Counted from the stretch's first letter, positions 21,035-31,162 are shown. The stretch is 64,000 nt of DNA from Verrucomicrobiota bacterium (GCA_021208135.1 JAJOKB010000081.1:488-64487), one strand, 5' to 3'. Translations and numbers: made by a program. The notes: generated by a model from the sequence alone, not told the origin.

Positions 21035-23235
21035 GCGTCGCTGAGCTCAAGGTAAGCCGTCAAACGGATCAATTTTACCGACGCTACTCTGCTCATGACC
21101 AGATCCTCCACTTCGATGGCAGGTACCATGAAATGGGTATAGGCGTAAGGTGGAACAAAGTCCGGGTTTGAGATGGGCACAACGCGGGCGTTTTTGTTGG
21201 CCTCGTTGATCATCAAGTTTTCACCGATGGTAAATTCGCCGCCGTTGGCTGAGACCCACGCATAACCCAGATAATCAAAGACATTTTCCTCGACTCTCAC
21301 TCTGGCAGTTGGGTGACGTGAGCGAATACCTTCTCCCAGGTTGCGGTAAATGCAATTGAAGATGTGGGCTTTGCCAAAACGCACGCTTGGTACGCGAGTA
21401 CCCAATCGGCTATCCTTCTTAAATGGGTTTTCCAGAATGCTATGGTGTATAGTTACCCGCAGGTGCTGATCGTCGTTGTAACGACTGGCGGTGTCGGTGG
21501 ACCCAATCAAGATGAATTTGTGGTGGTTGTGCAGATGAGTCCAGGAGATGGTGACAAAATCCGAGCCATTGGTAATGTCTATCAGACCGTCATAAAGATC
21601 CTTGTTGGTCTGGGTAAAAGGATTGTCGTTGAAGACCTCACAATGATCGATCCAAATGTGGTGGGATCGATCCACCACACGAATACAGTCTCCATCGTTG
21701 GCAACTCCAGCCAGTACGTTCGAAATACGAAGATTGCGCAAAATAACATTGGAGACATTGCGCATTTCAAATCCGATGCCTCGGAATGTTGCGCCGGGAT
21801 GGGCCCCAAGTATCGTTTTATTGGAACCTACGGAAATGCTGTCAGCACCTATAAATGTGCCACTGACTACAATGATTTTTGGGTCGGAACCTGCGGCCTC
21901 ACGTTTAAGATCAGCGATAGTATTGACGTAAACGATCGGGCCACCTTTGCCTCCAGTCACAGTTTCGACCCCCATGCCTGCCACTGTTGCATAACCGATC
22001 GGCGGCATGGCATCAAACTCTACGGGTGGCAGTTCTTCTTCCTCATTATTGCCCAGGGCTACCATGTCTTGACCATTATAAAAGTACCACCTCTGGGTGT
22101 TGAATCCGCGCAGCACCGGAGTGAATGCATCCGAAGTTGCCCACCAACTATCGTGGGCTGCGTCATGGAACATGTAGTACATTTCATCACTGGTGCCCAG
22201 CACGTGCATCCATGTCATGCGACCAGGTAAATAGATAAAATGGCTGCCGTCTTCTGCCGGGAAATAGGCACCAAACTCAGGACGCTCAAGCCAGCCGTTA
22301 CCGATCTCAGTCGATGAGGCCAGATAGCGCAAGAAGGCATCGGGATCAAGTACGATGACCGGATCCACGGGGTCTTCAGGATCCTCAGGATCTTCACCAT
22401 CCCCATCGGTTGTGACCGATATACCATGAAACACCACTGTAGATGCGGTATTGCCTGAACCATCAAATCGAATGGCGAAGGAATCAAAAGCCGTCACCCC
22501 GGCAGTGTTATCTGTCCCTGTTGCTTCGGCAACGATGTTGCCTCCCTGGGAGAATCGGGTAGTTACGGTAGCGGCGTTGCCATTGCGGGTCACGATGAAC
22601 TCCAGGGTGTAGCGTACCCCTGAAGCAAAGGCAGCTGCGCCAGAGGTGCCTCCAGTGCCTAACGCTGCACCGTAAAGTCCGTTTCCGGGAACACTGCCCA
22701 TCAGATTGTCGTTGTTGGCAAACTCAGCCAAGTCTCCATTCCGGCGCCGAATTTCAAGTGGATTAGTGATGCGGAACTGGGTGGAGAAATTCATGTTGAG
22801 CAAGTAGCCGACGACTCCACGGGAACCATTGTTACCCGATGAGAAATCATCCTCTTGCAGGCGATTACCGTCAGCAAAATGAAACAATCCCACGCGCAAG
22901 CCGCGTCCAGTTGAAGCTGAATTGACGCCTTCTGCGGTGAAATCAACTGCGACCCTCAGGGTTTCTCCATCGGATAGCGTGTAAGGGCCACTATTGCTGA
23001 AATACACAATTGCGAGTCGGGAACTATCCACCGTTGCCGTCAGCGCTCCCGGTGTGGCAACTAATCGCGAATTGCTCGAATAATACCAAGCGGCGGTATT
23101 GGGCAGGTTTTGGACATTCCGTACGCCACTGGAGAAATCATCCTCAAGGAGCACGTTTGCATTGGCGGCAATGGCCGCGCAGGCACTAAGCAAGCACGAA
23201 ACTGCTAGTGATTGTATGTATCGTTTATTGGGCAT
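20908..23235 (-). CDS. Pectate lyase, family PL1, with an unnamed ~250 aa N-terminal domain and a Trp/Tyr-rich spacer module; the 3' end as given overlaps the response regulator gene
   Basis: The protein has a signal peptide. The catalytic beta-helix carries HHIWIDHCEV, YDGLIDITNGSDFVTISW and TRVPSVRFGKAHIFNCIY (the PL1 vWiDH and R.P..R motifs). The last ~45 codons are antisense to the regulator gene. An alternative frame stops at 21047-21049. Confidence 0.85.
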   Translation of the reverse strand: MPNKRYIQSLAVSCLLSACAAIAANANVLLEDDFSSGVRNVQNLPNTAAWYYSSNSRLVATPGALTATVDSSRLAIVYFSNSGPYTLSDGETLRVAVDFTAEGVNSASTGRGLRVGLFHFADGNRLQEDDFSSGNNGSRGVVGYLLNMNFSTQFRITNPLEIRRRNGDLAEFANNDNLMGSVPGNGLYGAALGTGGTSGAAAFASGVRYTLEFIVTRNGNAATVTTRFSQGGNIVAEATGTDNTAGVTAFDSFAIRFDGSGNTASTVVFHGISVTTDGDGEDPEDPEDPVDPVIVLDPDAFLRYLASSTEIGNGWLERPEFGAYFPAEDGSHFIYLPGRMTWMHVLGTSDEMYYMFHDAAHDSWWATSDAFTPVLRGFNTQRWYFYNGQDMVALGNNEEEELPPVEFDAMPPIGYATVAGMGVETVTGGKGGPIVYVNTIADLKREAAGSDPKIIVVSGTFIGADSISVGSNKTILGAHPGATFRGIGFEMRNVSNVILRNLRISNVLAGVANDGDCIRVVDRSHHIWIDHCEVFNDNPFTQTNKDLYDGLIDITNGSDFVTISWTHLHNHHKFILIGSTDTASRYNDDQHLRVTIHHSILENPFKKDSRLGTRVPSVRFGKAHIFNCIYRNLGEGIRSRHPTARVRVEENVFDYLGYAWVSANGGEFTIGENLMINEANKNARVVPISNPDFVPPYAYTHFMVPAIEVEDLVMSRVASVKLIRLTAYLELSDAYLQVNLYPTSRTVLRNCGSLGLGSILLRKVVTNRSTVRSVT

Positions 23236-23288
23236 GGATTTTCGGGTAATGAAAGTTTGTGGTTACTGTTGCCCATGCATTCCTCAGA

Positions 23289-24581
23289 TCAGAGTCCAAA
23301 GACAGATGGCAACCAAAGTGATAGGGCGGGGAAGTAAGTGATGATCATCAGTGCAATCACCATCGCAAAAAAGAACGGAATCATCGGGCGAACTACCTGG
23401 GAAATTGGGATTTTTCCGACGCTGCAGCCGACGAACAAACAGGTTCCCACCGGTGGCGTGCAAAGGCCAATACTCAGGTTGGCAATCATCATGATGCCAA
23501 AATGAACCGGATCAAAACCCAAGCCCAATACCACCGGCAGAAAAATAGGCGTGAAGATCAGGACTGCGGGTGTCATATCCATGAATGCGCCCACCATGAG
23601 CAGAAGCAGGTTGATGAGCAGTAGGATGACCAAGGGGTTTTCCGACAGACTGAGCAGTGCCATACTCAAATTTTGCGGTACGTTTTCGTGAGCCAGAATC
23701 CAGCTCATTGCCTGACTGGTGCCTACCAGGAACATGACCACAGAGGTGGTTTTCGCGCTGGCCAGCAATATGTCCGGTAACCGGGAGTAGGGGATTTTTC
23801 GGTAAACCCAAACTCCCAAAATGAAAGCGTATGCTACCGCTATGGCGGACGCTTCGGTGGCTGAAAATATACCTCCTAAAATACCGCCCAAAACGATGAA
23901 GATCAGCAGCAGACTCGGCAGGGCCTGTAGTCCTGCTATCGCAACAGTGCGCAGGTCGGATCCGGCATCTGCGGGTGTGCCACCGCGTACGTTTCCAAGA
24001 AAGCACACGCCCATGATTAACAGGCCCACGAGTATACCGGGGAATACTCCGGCCAAAAATAAGGCCGCCACAGAAACTTCACCAGCCACAACGGCATACA
24101 CTATCATGATATTGCTCGGTGGTATCAGCAGTCCGGTTGTGGCTGATGTCGAGGTGAGGGCGACCGCAAAATCCTTTTTGTACCCACGCTCACGCATTTG
24201 AGGAATCATGAAGCCGCCAATGGAGGAAACCGCTGCTGTTGCTGAACCTGAAAGCGCTCCGAAGAGCATACAGGTGATAGTGTTTACGTAGGCCAGGCCG
24301 CCACGGAACCGACTCATAAGCGCCGAAGCAAAGTCCATCAGGCGGCGTGCCATACCACTTTCACCCATGAGAATGCCCGATAGAATAAAGAACGGGATCG
24401 CCAACAGAGGAAAACTGCCAATACCCGTGGACATTCGCTGCGCCACAATATATCCGGCTGGCAGATTGCCGATAGCGGCGATGGTGACCACGGTTGCCGC
24501 GCCGATGGCTATGGCAATAGGTACGTTCAGCAGCAGCAGGCTGAAAAACGCCAAGATTAAAATGATGACTTCAAGCGTCAT
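23289..24581 (-). CDS. dctM: TRAP transporter large permease subunit
   Basis: 430 aa polytopic membrane protein with the typical DctM N-terminus and the repeated GIFSATEA / GLCTPPVG motifs. Confidence 0.9.
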   Translation of the reverse strand: MTLEVIILILAFFSLLLLNVPIAIAIGAATVVTIAAIGNLPAGYIVAQRMSTGIGSFPLLAIPFFILSGILMGESGMARRLMDFASALMSRFRGGLAYVNTITCMLFGALSGSATAAVSSIGGFMIPQMRERGYKKDFAVALTSTSATTGLLIPPSNIMIVYAVVAGEVSVAALFLAGVFPGILVGLLIMGVCFLGNVRGGTPADAGSDLRTVAIAGLQALPSLLLIFIVLGGILGGIFSATEASAIAVAYAFILGVWVYRKIPYSRLPDILLASAKTTSVVMFLVGTSQAMSWILAHENVPQNLSMALLSLSENPLVILLLINLLLLMVGAFMDMTPAVLIFTPIFLPVVLGLGFDPVHFGIMMIANLSIGLCTPPVGTCLFVGCSVGKIPISQVVRPMIPFFFAMVIALMIITYFPALSLWLPSVFGL

Positions 24582-25080
24582 GGTCCTGGTCCTCAGGCAG
24601 GGGTTGCATTAAGTGTTCGCAGGCAAACAACAGGAAAAAGCCGCCGCTCAGTGGTATCACGCTGTAGAGCCAACCTACTTGCCAACCCAAGGCTGGCGTG
24701 ATCTGACCATTGGCAAGGGAGCGCAGCATCAAGCCCCCACCTCCATAAACCAAGGTGTAGGCGATGAAGGCTATACAAATGCATTCAGCAAGCCTGGCCG
24801 CCAATGGCTTGGCGTCCGGGTGCATACGGCTGATCAGGTAATCAAAGCCGAGATGGCCGCGATCGCGATAGGTGATTGCAGCACCCAGCAAAGAAACCCA
24901 AATCAACAAGTAAATGGCAACCTCCTCTGTCCATCGACTCTGAGTTCCCAGCACATAGCGCGAGAACACACCCCAAAGAACATCCAATACCAAGGCGGCA
25001 AACAATACCACTAACACCCATTGCAGGATTCGCGCTGCGAAGTGGGCGAATGCGAGAAAATATGTCTTTCCAACAGTCAT
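24571..25080 (-). CDS. dctQ: TRAP transporter small permease subunit
   Basis: About 170 aa with four TM helices, lying between dctP and dctM. ATG 25080 follows the dctP stop (25083-25085) by 2 nt. Confidence 0.8.
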   Translation of the reverse strand: MTVGKTYFLAFAHFAARILQWVLVVLFAALVLDVLWGVFSRYVLGTQSRWTEEVAIYLLIWVSLLGAAITYRDRGHLGFDYLISRMHPDAKPLAARLAECICIAFIAYTLVYGGGGLMLRSLANGQITPALGWQVGWLYSVIPLSGGFFLLFACEHLMQPLPEDQDHDA

Positions 25081-25082
25081 TG

Positions 25083-26086
25083 TCACTGTGTTCTGATGCG
25101 TTCGGCCCATTCAGCGATAGCACCGCGCATGTGTCTTTCATAGAGTGGTTGTACTGCCTCGGCAAATGGACGTGGTCCGGCCTGTGGATTTGCACGCCCG
25201 CCTCCGCGAGTCTGTCCAGCGATGCCGCCGTGCTCTCTTGCCAGAGTTTGCGCTGAAAAACTACCGACTCATCCGCCGCCTGTCTGAGCCATTGCCGCTC
25301 CAGCGGACTTAACTGGTCATAAATGGCCTTACTCATTAACAAGATGTCCGGAATACGCGTGTGCTCATTGAGAGAAAAGTGCCTGGCCACCTCGTAGTGT
25401 CGGCTGCTCCACAGGCTGGGTGGATTGTTCTCGGCCCCGTCCACCATGCCTTGTTGCAGAGCAGTGTAGAGTTCTCCCCATGGAATAGGCGTCGGCGAGC
25501 CACCCAATACACTGATCATGTCCATTGCCATCCGACTGGGTAACACACGCAGTTTAAGGCCGCGCACATCCTCCGGTGTCAACACGGGGCGTCTTGTCGT
25601 ATAGAAACTGCGACTGCCAGAGTCATAGTAGCAGATACCGATGGCTCCTACGCTCTCTGAGAGGCGCAGCATTTCAGCGCCAATCGGCCCCATCAACACA
25701 TCCCAGTAATGCTCTTCGTCCCTGAACAGATACGGTAGGCCAAAGACAGCCATGGCAGGTACAAAACCTTCCATGGCCGCAGATGACGTTTTGACTAATG
25801 CCAAAGCACCGCGTTGAACCTGTTCTATGCACTCCGGTTCTGATCCCAGTTGGCCGTTGGGGAAGATTTCAATGACCAGAGTGCCTCCCGAAAGCTCGGC
25901 CAAGCGTTCGGCCATGTAAGCCATTCCGGCATGTACCGGATGTGATTGATCCAGGACATGGCCGAGTTTCAGAACACGCCTGCCGCTATTGGCGTTGGGA
26001 TCCGGTTTCCAGGCCAGCAAAAGCAAGGTTGCCAGAAAGGTTCCCGCCAATACCCCCAGGACGAAGAATGAGGTGGAACGGTTCAT
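25083..26086 (-). CDS. dctP: TRAP transporter solute-binding subunit (DctP family), with an apparent 1-nt deletion at 25174-25175
   Basis: The protein reads LKLGHVLDQSHPVHAGMAYMAERLAELSGGTL...FPNGQLGSE...YYDSGSRSF...RVLPS. After the shift the tail reads RPFAEAVQPLYERHMRGAIAEWAERIRTQ-stop. Its ATG overlaps the GH28 stop (ATGA). Confidence 0.85.
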
Positions 26087-27525
26087 TGGGCGTCGGGCAA
26101 TGGCATACCCCACATGTCTGAGCGTACGCCAGTGTTCTGATCATAGCCATCGAAGGTCATGTTGCGCACATGGTGCATGACTGATGGGCGCTGAGCTCCT
26201 TCAAAGCGACTGTTGATGATCTGAACGTTTTCAATCGGACTTTCGGCAAATCCTACCATGTAAAGCGGGAAACGGCTCTGGCCGCTGGTAACATTTTCCA
26301 GTATGATATTGCGTACGGTTGGCAGGTGTGGGCCGCCAGCTCCTTCCTCGTACAGAAAGTTCACCCGGAATATGGCGTCGGCGACTTGGCCGACACGTAC
26401 GTTGCGCATATAGACATTCTCAACGAAACCGCCTCGGTAAGAGTTGGTCTTAATGCGCAGTGCACGCTGAAGTCGCGGACTGCTCATGGTGCAGTTGTCG
26501 ATAAAGACGTTGCGCACGCCGCCGGACATTTCGCTGCCCATGACCACACCGCCGTGACCATCGCGCATCACGTTGTTGCGGATCACTATATTTTGCGAGG
26601 GCACTGCGAGGCGTCGACCATCCGCATTGCGCCCAGCCTTGATGGCAATACAGTCATCTCCAGTATCAAACAGACTGTCCTCAATCAGCACATCCGTGGA
26701 TGATTCGGGATTGCAGCCATCGTTGTTGGGGCCGTGAGAAATTACGGTCACTCCTCGGATGGTAACATTGGTACAGAGCACCGGATGGATTTGCCACATG
26801 GGGGCACGCAGTATGGTGATGTCCTGAATCAATATATTCCTGCTGCGGTAAGGTTGAATAAACATAGGTCGCAGGTAGGAGCCTTCGGCAAAGATGCGCT
26901 CCTCTGGTGGTACTCCCGCCTCGGCCATTTCGAACAAGACGGCCCTGGCGGTGTACTGATGCGGATCGCCTTCTCGCCAGCCTCGGCGTTCCTGACCTTT
27001 CCAGGGCCACCAGTTTTCAACACTGGCCTGGCCATCCAAGGTTCCGTTACCAGTGATCGCGATGTTCTCGACTTCAAAGGCATAAATGAGGGGGGAATAA
27101 CCCATCATTTCCACGCCTTCCCAGCGTGTGAATACCGCTGGCAAGTAGTCGTTGGGGTCAGTGGAGAATTTGAGTACTGCTCCGTCTTCGAGGTGCAGGT
27201 TTACATTGCTGCGCAAATGGATGGGACCAGTGAAGAAGGTTTGTCCACCTGGAATTACCACCCTGCCTCCACCCGCCTCAGCGCAAGCTGCAATTGCAGC
27301 TGCGATGGCTTCGGTGACCACCGTTTCCGGTTTGGCCCCAAAGTCGTCGATGCGAAAGTCGCGATCAGGAAAAGTGGGCTCGACTATACGTGCCAGAATT
27401 TCTGCCACCGCTGCATCAAAATCAGGGCGCTCTCCAGCGGCAATGCCAGTGGAGGGTAAATTGAGAGCGATGGTTGCACTCGCGAGTGCGGTCAGCACTC
27501 GTTTTAGGGAGACTGCCTTTTTCAT
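26083..27525 (-). CDS. Glycoside hydrolase family 28 (polygalacturonase / exo-galacturonidase)
   Basis: The protein has a signal peptide and the GH28 signatures NNDGCNPESS, DTGDDCIAIKAG, RDGHGGVVMGSE and RALRIKTN. Confidence 0.9.
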   Translation of the reverse strand: MKKAVSLKRVLTALASATIALNLPSTGIAAGERPDFDAAVAEILARIVEPTFPDRDFRIDDFGAKPETVVTEAIAAAIAACAEAGGGRVVIPGGQTFFTGPIHLRSNVNLHLEDGAVLKFSTDPNDYLPAVFTRWEGVEMMGYSPLIYAFEVENIAITGNGTLDGQASVENWWPWKGQERRGWREGDPHQYTARAVLFEMAEAGVPPEERIFAEGSYLRPMFIQPYRSRNILIQDITILRAPMWQIHPVLCTNVTIRGVTVISHGPNNDGCNPESSTDVLIEDSLFDTGDDCIAIKAGRNADGRRLAVPSQNIVIRNNVMRDGHGGVVMGSEMSGGVRNVFIDNCTMSSPRLQRALRIKTNSYRGGFVENVYMRNVRVGQVADAIFRVNFLYEEGAGGPHLPTVRNIILENVTSGQSRFPLYMVGFAESPIENVQIINSRFEGAQRPSVMHHVRNMTFDGYDQNTGVRSDMWGMPLPDAQ

Positions 27526-27529
27526 TGTC

Positions 27530-28726
27530 TTAGCCTTGTACGGATTCGATTTGACCGTTGTTCTGCCAGAAGAAGAAACCGGATCCAAACACGTAGATCC
27601 AATTCGGGGCGACGTTGTTGACATGAATCCAATCGCCGTTGGCAGAGAGTACGCCCGGAGGTAGCCAGGTCATGTAACCGGACTCGTCAGCCTGTCCGAC
27701 AAACATCCAGCCGCTGCGGGTGTAAATCCAATCACTCTCTGGTACTGCGTAGAATGTGCCCAATAGTTCGTTGCGGTAAACATTGGCAATATCGAGTGGC
27801 TCGGAATCGGCCAGTACGACTTCGATGGCTGGTGTAGTTGGTGTCGGCGTGGTACCGTCGTTCACATCAGCGCCGGAGAAGATATATATCTGGTCGAGGA
27901 CAAAATCCGTTTCAGCGTGACTGGCAGTTGCCGTGGTGAATGAAAAAGTACTGAAACCCAGGCTCGGGTTGAAGTTGTTTTTGTCTTCAAACACAGTGCC
28001 ATTGGGATTTGCCGCTGGAGTAACCAACTGCCCATTCACAAACAAGTCGATGCGTAAAGGATGCAGGGTGCGCTCAGTACCGTACAGAACGTAGGTGAAA
28101 TTGTCGGTTGTGGAAGCATTGACGATCAAATCGTATTTGTGCGGTAGCGCGGGCACTGGAGTAGGCGTGCCACCTCCCGGGTCGGCGACAAACCTGGGTG
28201 GGGCCACGTTGGGAGTGCCTCTGGGGAACTCATTGAGCCAGTTCCAGGCCCCGGTTACCGTGCCATCGGATATGATCTCCAACAAGTTTTGGTAATTGGC
28301 GGAGCTGGCGTTGATTGTCACTTCATCGATTCCCGGATTAGCGGCGCGCAAGGCGATCTTGCGCAAACCTGAATCCACCCAGAAATAGTTCATGTTGATC
28401 GCTCTGAAGCTGACCCGAAAGCCGCCGGTAAGAGGCTCGGGAAGCATCACTGAGGCGTCGGCACGGGAATAACTGCCGGATTCAAAGCTCCAAATCCTCA
28501 TGCCAGCTATGTGACCGGGCATGGGATTGTTGGGTGTGATCAGAGCACCCCAAGTTGTGCCGAAGTTGGTTCCCTGTTTGATGTTGGTGAAACCACTGAC
28601 GCCGGGTTGGTCAAAACTGTCATACAGTTGAAAGACCGCGCCCGATGCGGCTGTCGTCATCAGCGACGCGACAGCGATTATTCCGAGGGTAGGGTATATC
28701 TTTGTCATAGGTGTGTTCATTGTCAT
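27530..28726 (-). CDS. Secreted hypothetical protein (lectin/LamG-like beta-sandwich guess) with a C-terminal Trp/Tyr-rich module
   Basis: An intact 398 aa ORF with a signal peptide, inside the pectin operon. Its ATG overlaps the GH105 stop (ATGA at 28723-28726). The C-terminus reads DWIYTRSGWMFVGQADESGYMTWL...NWIYVFGSGFFFW. Confidence 0.5.
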   Translation of the reverse strand: MTMNTPMTKIYPTLGIIAVASLMTTAASGAVFQLYDSFDQPGVSGFTNIKQGTNFGTTWGALITPNNPMPGHIAGMRIWSFESGSYSRADASVMLPEPLTGGFRVSFRAINMNYFWVDSGLRKIALRAANPGIDEVTINASSANYQNLLEIISDGTVTGAWNWLNEFPRGTPNVAPPRFVADPGGGTPTPVPALPHKYDLIVNASTTDNFTYVLYGTERTLHPLRIDLFVNGQLVTPAANPNGTVFEDKNNFNPSLGFSTFSFTTATASHAETDFVLDQIYIFSGADVNDGTTPTPTTPAIEVVLADSEPLDIANVYRNELLGTFYAVPESDWIYTRSGWMFVGQADESGYMTWLPPGVLSANGDWIHVNNVAPNWIYVFGSGFFFWQNNGQIESVQG

Positions 28727-31149
28727 TCAGATTTGGGGTTGTGGGATAGGTGTTGAATCATTCGATAGAGTTCAACGGTTGCTTTTAGAAAGGGTCCGGT
28801 ACCTTTGGGATCGTCGCGAACGATAGGCTCCGAGAAATAGTAGTTTTCGCTGCCATCGCGCAGCTCGCTGAGTCCGGCTACCTCGCAGATCCAGAATAGT
28901 CGGGCATTCCCGGTATCGCTGAAATTCACTGCGTTTTGCACCATGCCTCTAAATGCGGTCATGGGAACCTCGTGGAGGTTTGAACTCAGCCAGCCCCGGT
29001 TGATTCCCTTGGCGATAGCATAAACGAACATGCTCGTGGATGAGGTTTCCGGATAGTTACCCGGGATGTCCGGTTTATCCATGACCTGAAACCAGAGGCC
29101 TGTATCGTAATCTTGATACGGGAGGATGGCCTGTACAGTTTTTTGCAATACGTCCACCAGTGCCAGGTGCTCTGGAGTGTTTTCGGGTACAAATTCCAAA
29201 GTGTCCACCAGCGCCATTAAATACCATCCGACGGCGCGTGACCAAACATTGGGTGATTTTCCGGTATCTGGATCAGCCCAGTTTTGTACGCGGGCGAAAT
29301 CCACTGCATGGTGTAACAGTCCGGTTTGTGGGTTGAGGGCATATTGGTCCAGCAACAGGAATTGGTGTGCGATGTCTGTGAATTCGTTAGTGTGACCAAG
29401 CGTAGCTGCATAACGGGCGCGGAAAGGGGCGCTCATATATAAGCCATCCAACCACATTTGTTCCGGGTAAATGGCTTTGTGCCAAAGCCCACCTTGAGCT
29501 GTGCGAGGATGGGTACGCATCTGCTCATGCATCAGATCCAATGCTCTGCGGTAGCGTTCCGAACCGGTCGCTTCATACAATTCGAGCAGCAAAATACCGC
29601 CCAGTATATGGTCGATATTATACTCATCGACTGAATAGCTGGCTATTGTACCGGTTTCATCCACAAAACTGCTGATGGTTGACAGTGCGTAGTCGCGATA
29701 GCGTTGATCGCCCGTTTGTTGCCAGAGGTTATTAAAGCCGATGGCTAATAAGGCCGTTGTGTAGCGCCAGCGTGCCTGAGCCTGTGACTCCGGATCAAAA
29801 TGCCCGAAAGACAGGGATTGGCCTCTGCGGGCGAGCAAGTCATTGGCCACGGCTTGTGCTACTGTCAGGACAGTTTCTGCTGTCAGCGGCTTGTCTCTCA
29901 TGATTTGGTCAACCCTGTTGGTGATACGCAGCAACGGGGGCCGGTTAAGCAACAGAGCCTGACGGCGGCACCACTCCAGAAAGGTCTCTGGATTCCAGTC
30001 TGAATCTGGTTCCTGCGCCCAGACTGCCCCAAAGGCATAACCTACGTGACCGTTGCGTACCCGCAATCTGACCACGTGGTTGAAGGCATCTTCAGTCACT
30101 TCCATCAAATCCCGCGGTCGGTAAAACACTGCCATGCCCAGCCCATCGCCAATAATGCTTTGGTCGCCCCAGGTTGCAATCCATGTGTAGTCCTTTTCTG
30201 GCACATTTGTGGGTCCGTCTAACCGGGTGGCGTTTTCCAGCTTAACTATTCCGGTGGCAAGGTGCATTTGTGGTTCAACCCGGAGCAAAACGTGGGTTAA
30301 ATGCGAGCCGGCCTGAATGGAAAGGTTGGCGGTCAAGTCAAAGTCTCTGCCCCCGATGCGCCACTGGTTATATTGAATGCTGTGACTGGCTAACAGCGGA
30401 CCGTTGGCCGTTACTGTGGATGTGCGGGTATGAACATCTTCCAATCCCTGAATTGCATGGTTGCGCCAGGCACCGAAACTACCCAGTCCGACTGCCTTGC
30501 CAACTCTCAGAATATCCATTCCCCAGTCGGCGGGTTGATGATAACTGTCATAGCCATCCTGACCAACAGTATGCAAAACCATGGCAGGGGTGCGTTTGCC
30601 GAAAATATCGATACCATTGCGGTTATCCAAATACAACCGGTACCCAATTCGGTCCGATTCCCACCCCGGACCTTCGTAGCGGATCTGATAATTGTGATCC
30701 CGAAATCCTGGTGGTGTGGTCCAGGTGCGCACATTTTTAAATCTGTCGTCCTGGACGATGCTCAGTTCTGCCTGGGTCCTGCGGGGAAAGGCTAATACTC
30801 TCGCTGCAAGAGGATCTTTGATTAAATCAAGAGACTTGCTGGCACCGGCAGCCAGGGAAAGCACCAGAAAAATGGCGTCTAACTGATCGTCTCCCGAGGT
30901 GTCCACCAACTGGTGCGGTACTGGCAATCCGCTTAGCTTGTCGATAATGGCAATGACCGCAGATTCTTCAGTGGTTAAGGCTAGAAAATCCAAAGGTAGG
31001 GTGACCGGGTAATCTTCTGCATCAAAGTCCACCCGGCTGGTTACGGTGACAGAAGCCAGCCACTCCGGTTGCACTTCCGCGCTTGTCATCTTGGAACCCA
31101 ATCCTGAAATCAGAATTAACAAGGCAATCGTTTTGCTGAAAAATTGCAT
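28723..31149 (-). CDS. DUF4861 domain fused to a GH105 unsaturated rhamnogalacturonyl/galacturonyl hydrolase (Glyco_hydro_88-like)
   Basis: The N-terminal half shows YEGPGWESDRIGYRLYLDNRNGIDIFGK, which is DUF4861-like. The C-terminal half shows GGLWHKAIYPEQMWLDGLYM, WSRAVGWYLMALVD and DTGLWFQV, which match YteR/YesR GH105-type motifs. Confidence 0.82.
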   Translation of the reverse strand: MQFFSKTIALLILISGLGSKMTSAEVQPEWLASVTVTSRVDFDAEDYPVTLPLDFLALTTEESAVIAIIDKLSGLPVPHQLVDTSGDDQLDAIFLVLSLAAGASKSLDLIKDPLAARVLAFPRRTQAELSIVQDDRFKNVRTWTTPPGFRDHNYQIRYEGPGWESDRIGYRLYLDNRNGIDIFGKRTPAMVLHTVGQDGYDSYHQPADWGMDILRVGKAVGLGSFGAWRNHAIQGLEDVHTRTSTVTANGPLLASHSIQYNQWRIGGRDFDLTANLSIQAGSHLTHVLLRVEPQMHLATGIVKLENATRLDGPTNVPEKDYTWIATWGDQSIIGDGLGMAVFYRPRDLMEVTEDAFNHVVRLRVRNGHVGYAFGAVWAQEPDSDWNPETFLEWCRRQALLLNRPPLLRITNRVDQIMRDKPLTAETVLTVAQAVANDLLARRGQSLSFGHFDPESQAQARWRYTTALLAIGFNNLWQQTGDQRYRDYALSTISSFVDETGTIASYSVDEYNIDHILGGILLLELYEATGSERYRRALDLMHEQMRTHPRTAQGGLWHKAIYPEQMWLDGLYMSAPFRARYAATLGHTNEFTDIAHQFLLLDQYALNPQTGLLHHAVDFARVQNWADPDTGKSPNVWSRAVGWYLMALVDTLEFVPENTPEHLALVDVLQKTVQAILPYQDYDTGLWFQVMDKPDIPGNYPETSSTSMFVYAIAKGINRGWLSSNLHEVPMTAFRGMVQNAVNFSDTGNARLFWICEVAGLSELRDGSENYYFSEPIVRDDPKGTGPFLKATVELYRMIQHLSHNPKSE

Positions 31150-31162
31150 CTCAAACTCCTTT

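Noticed and set aside
22357-22401. Short tandem-looking repeat encoding DGEDPEDPEDPVDP.
   Set aside because: It is an in-frame acidic Pro-rich interdomain linker inside the PL1 lyase, not a DNA repeat element or CRISPR-like array.
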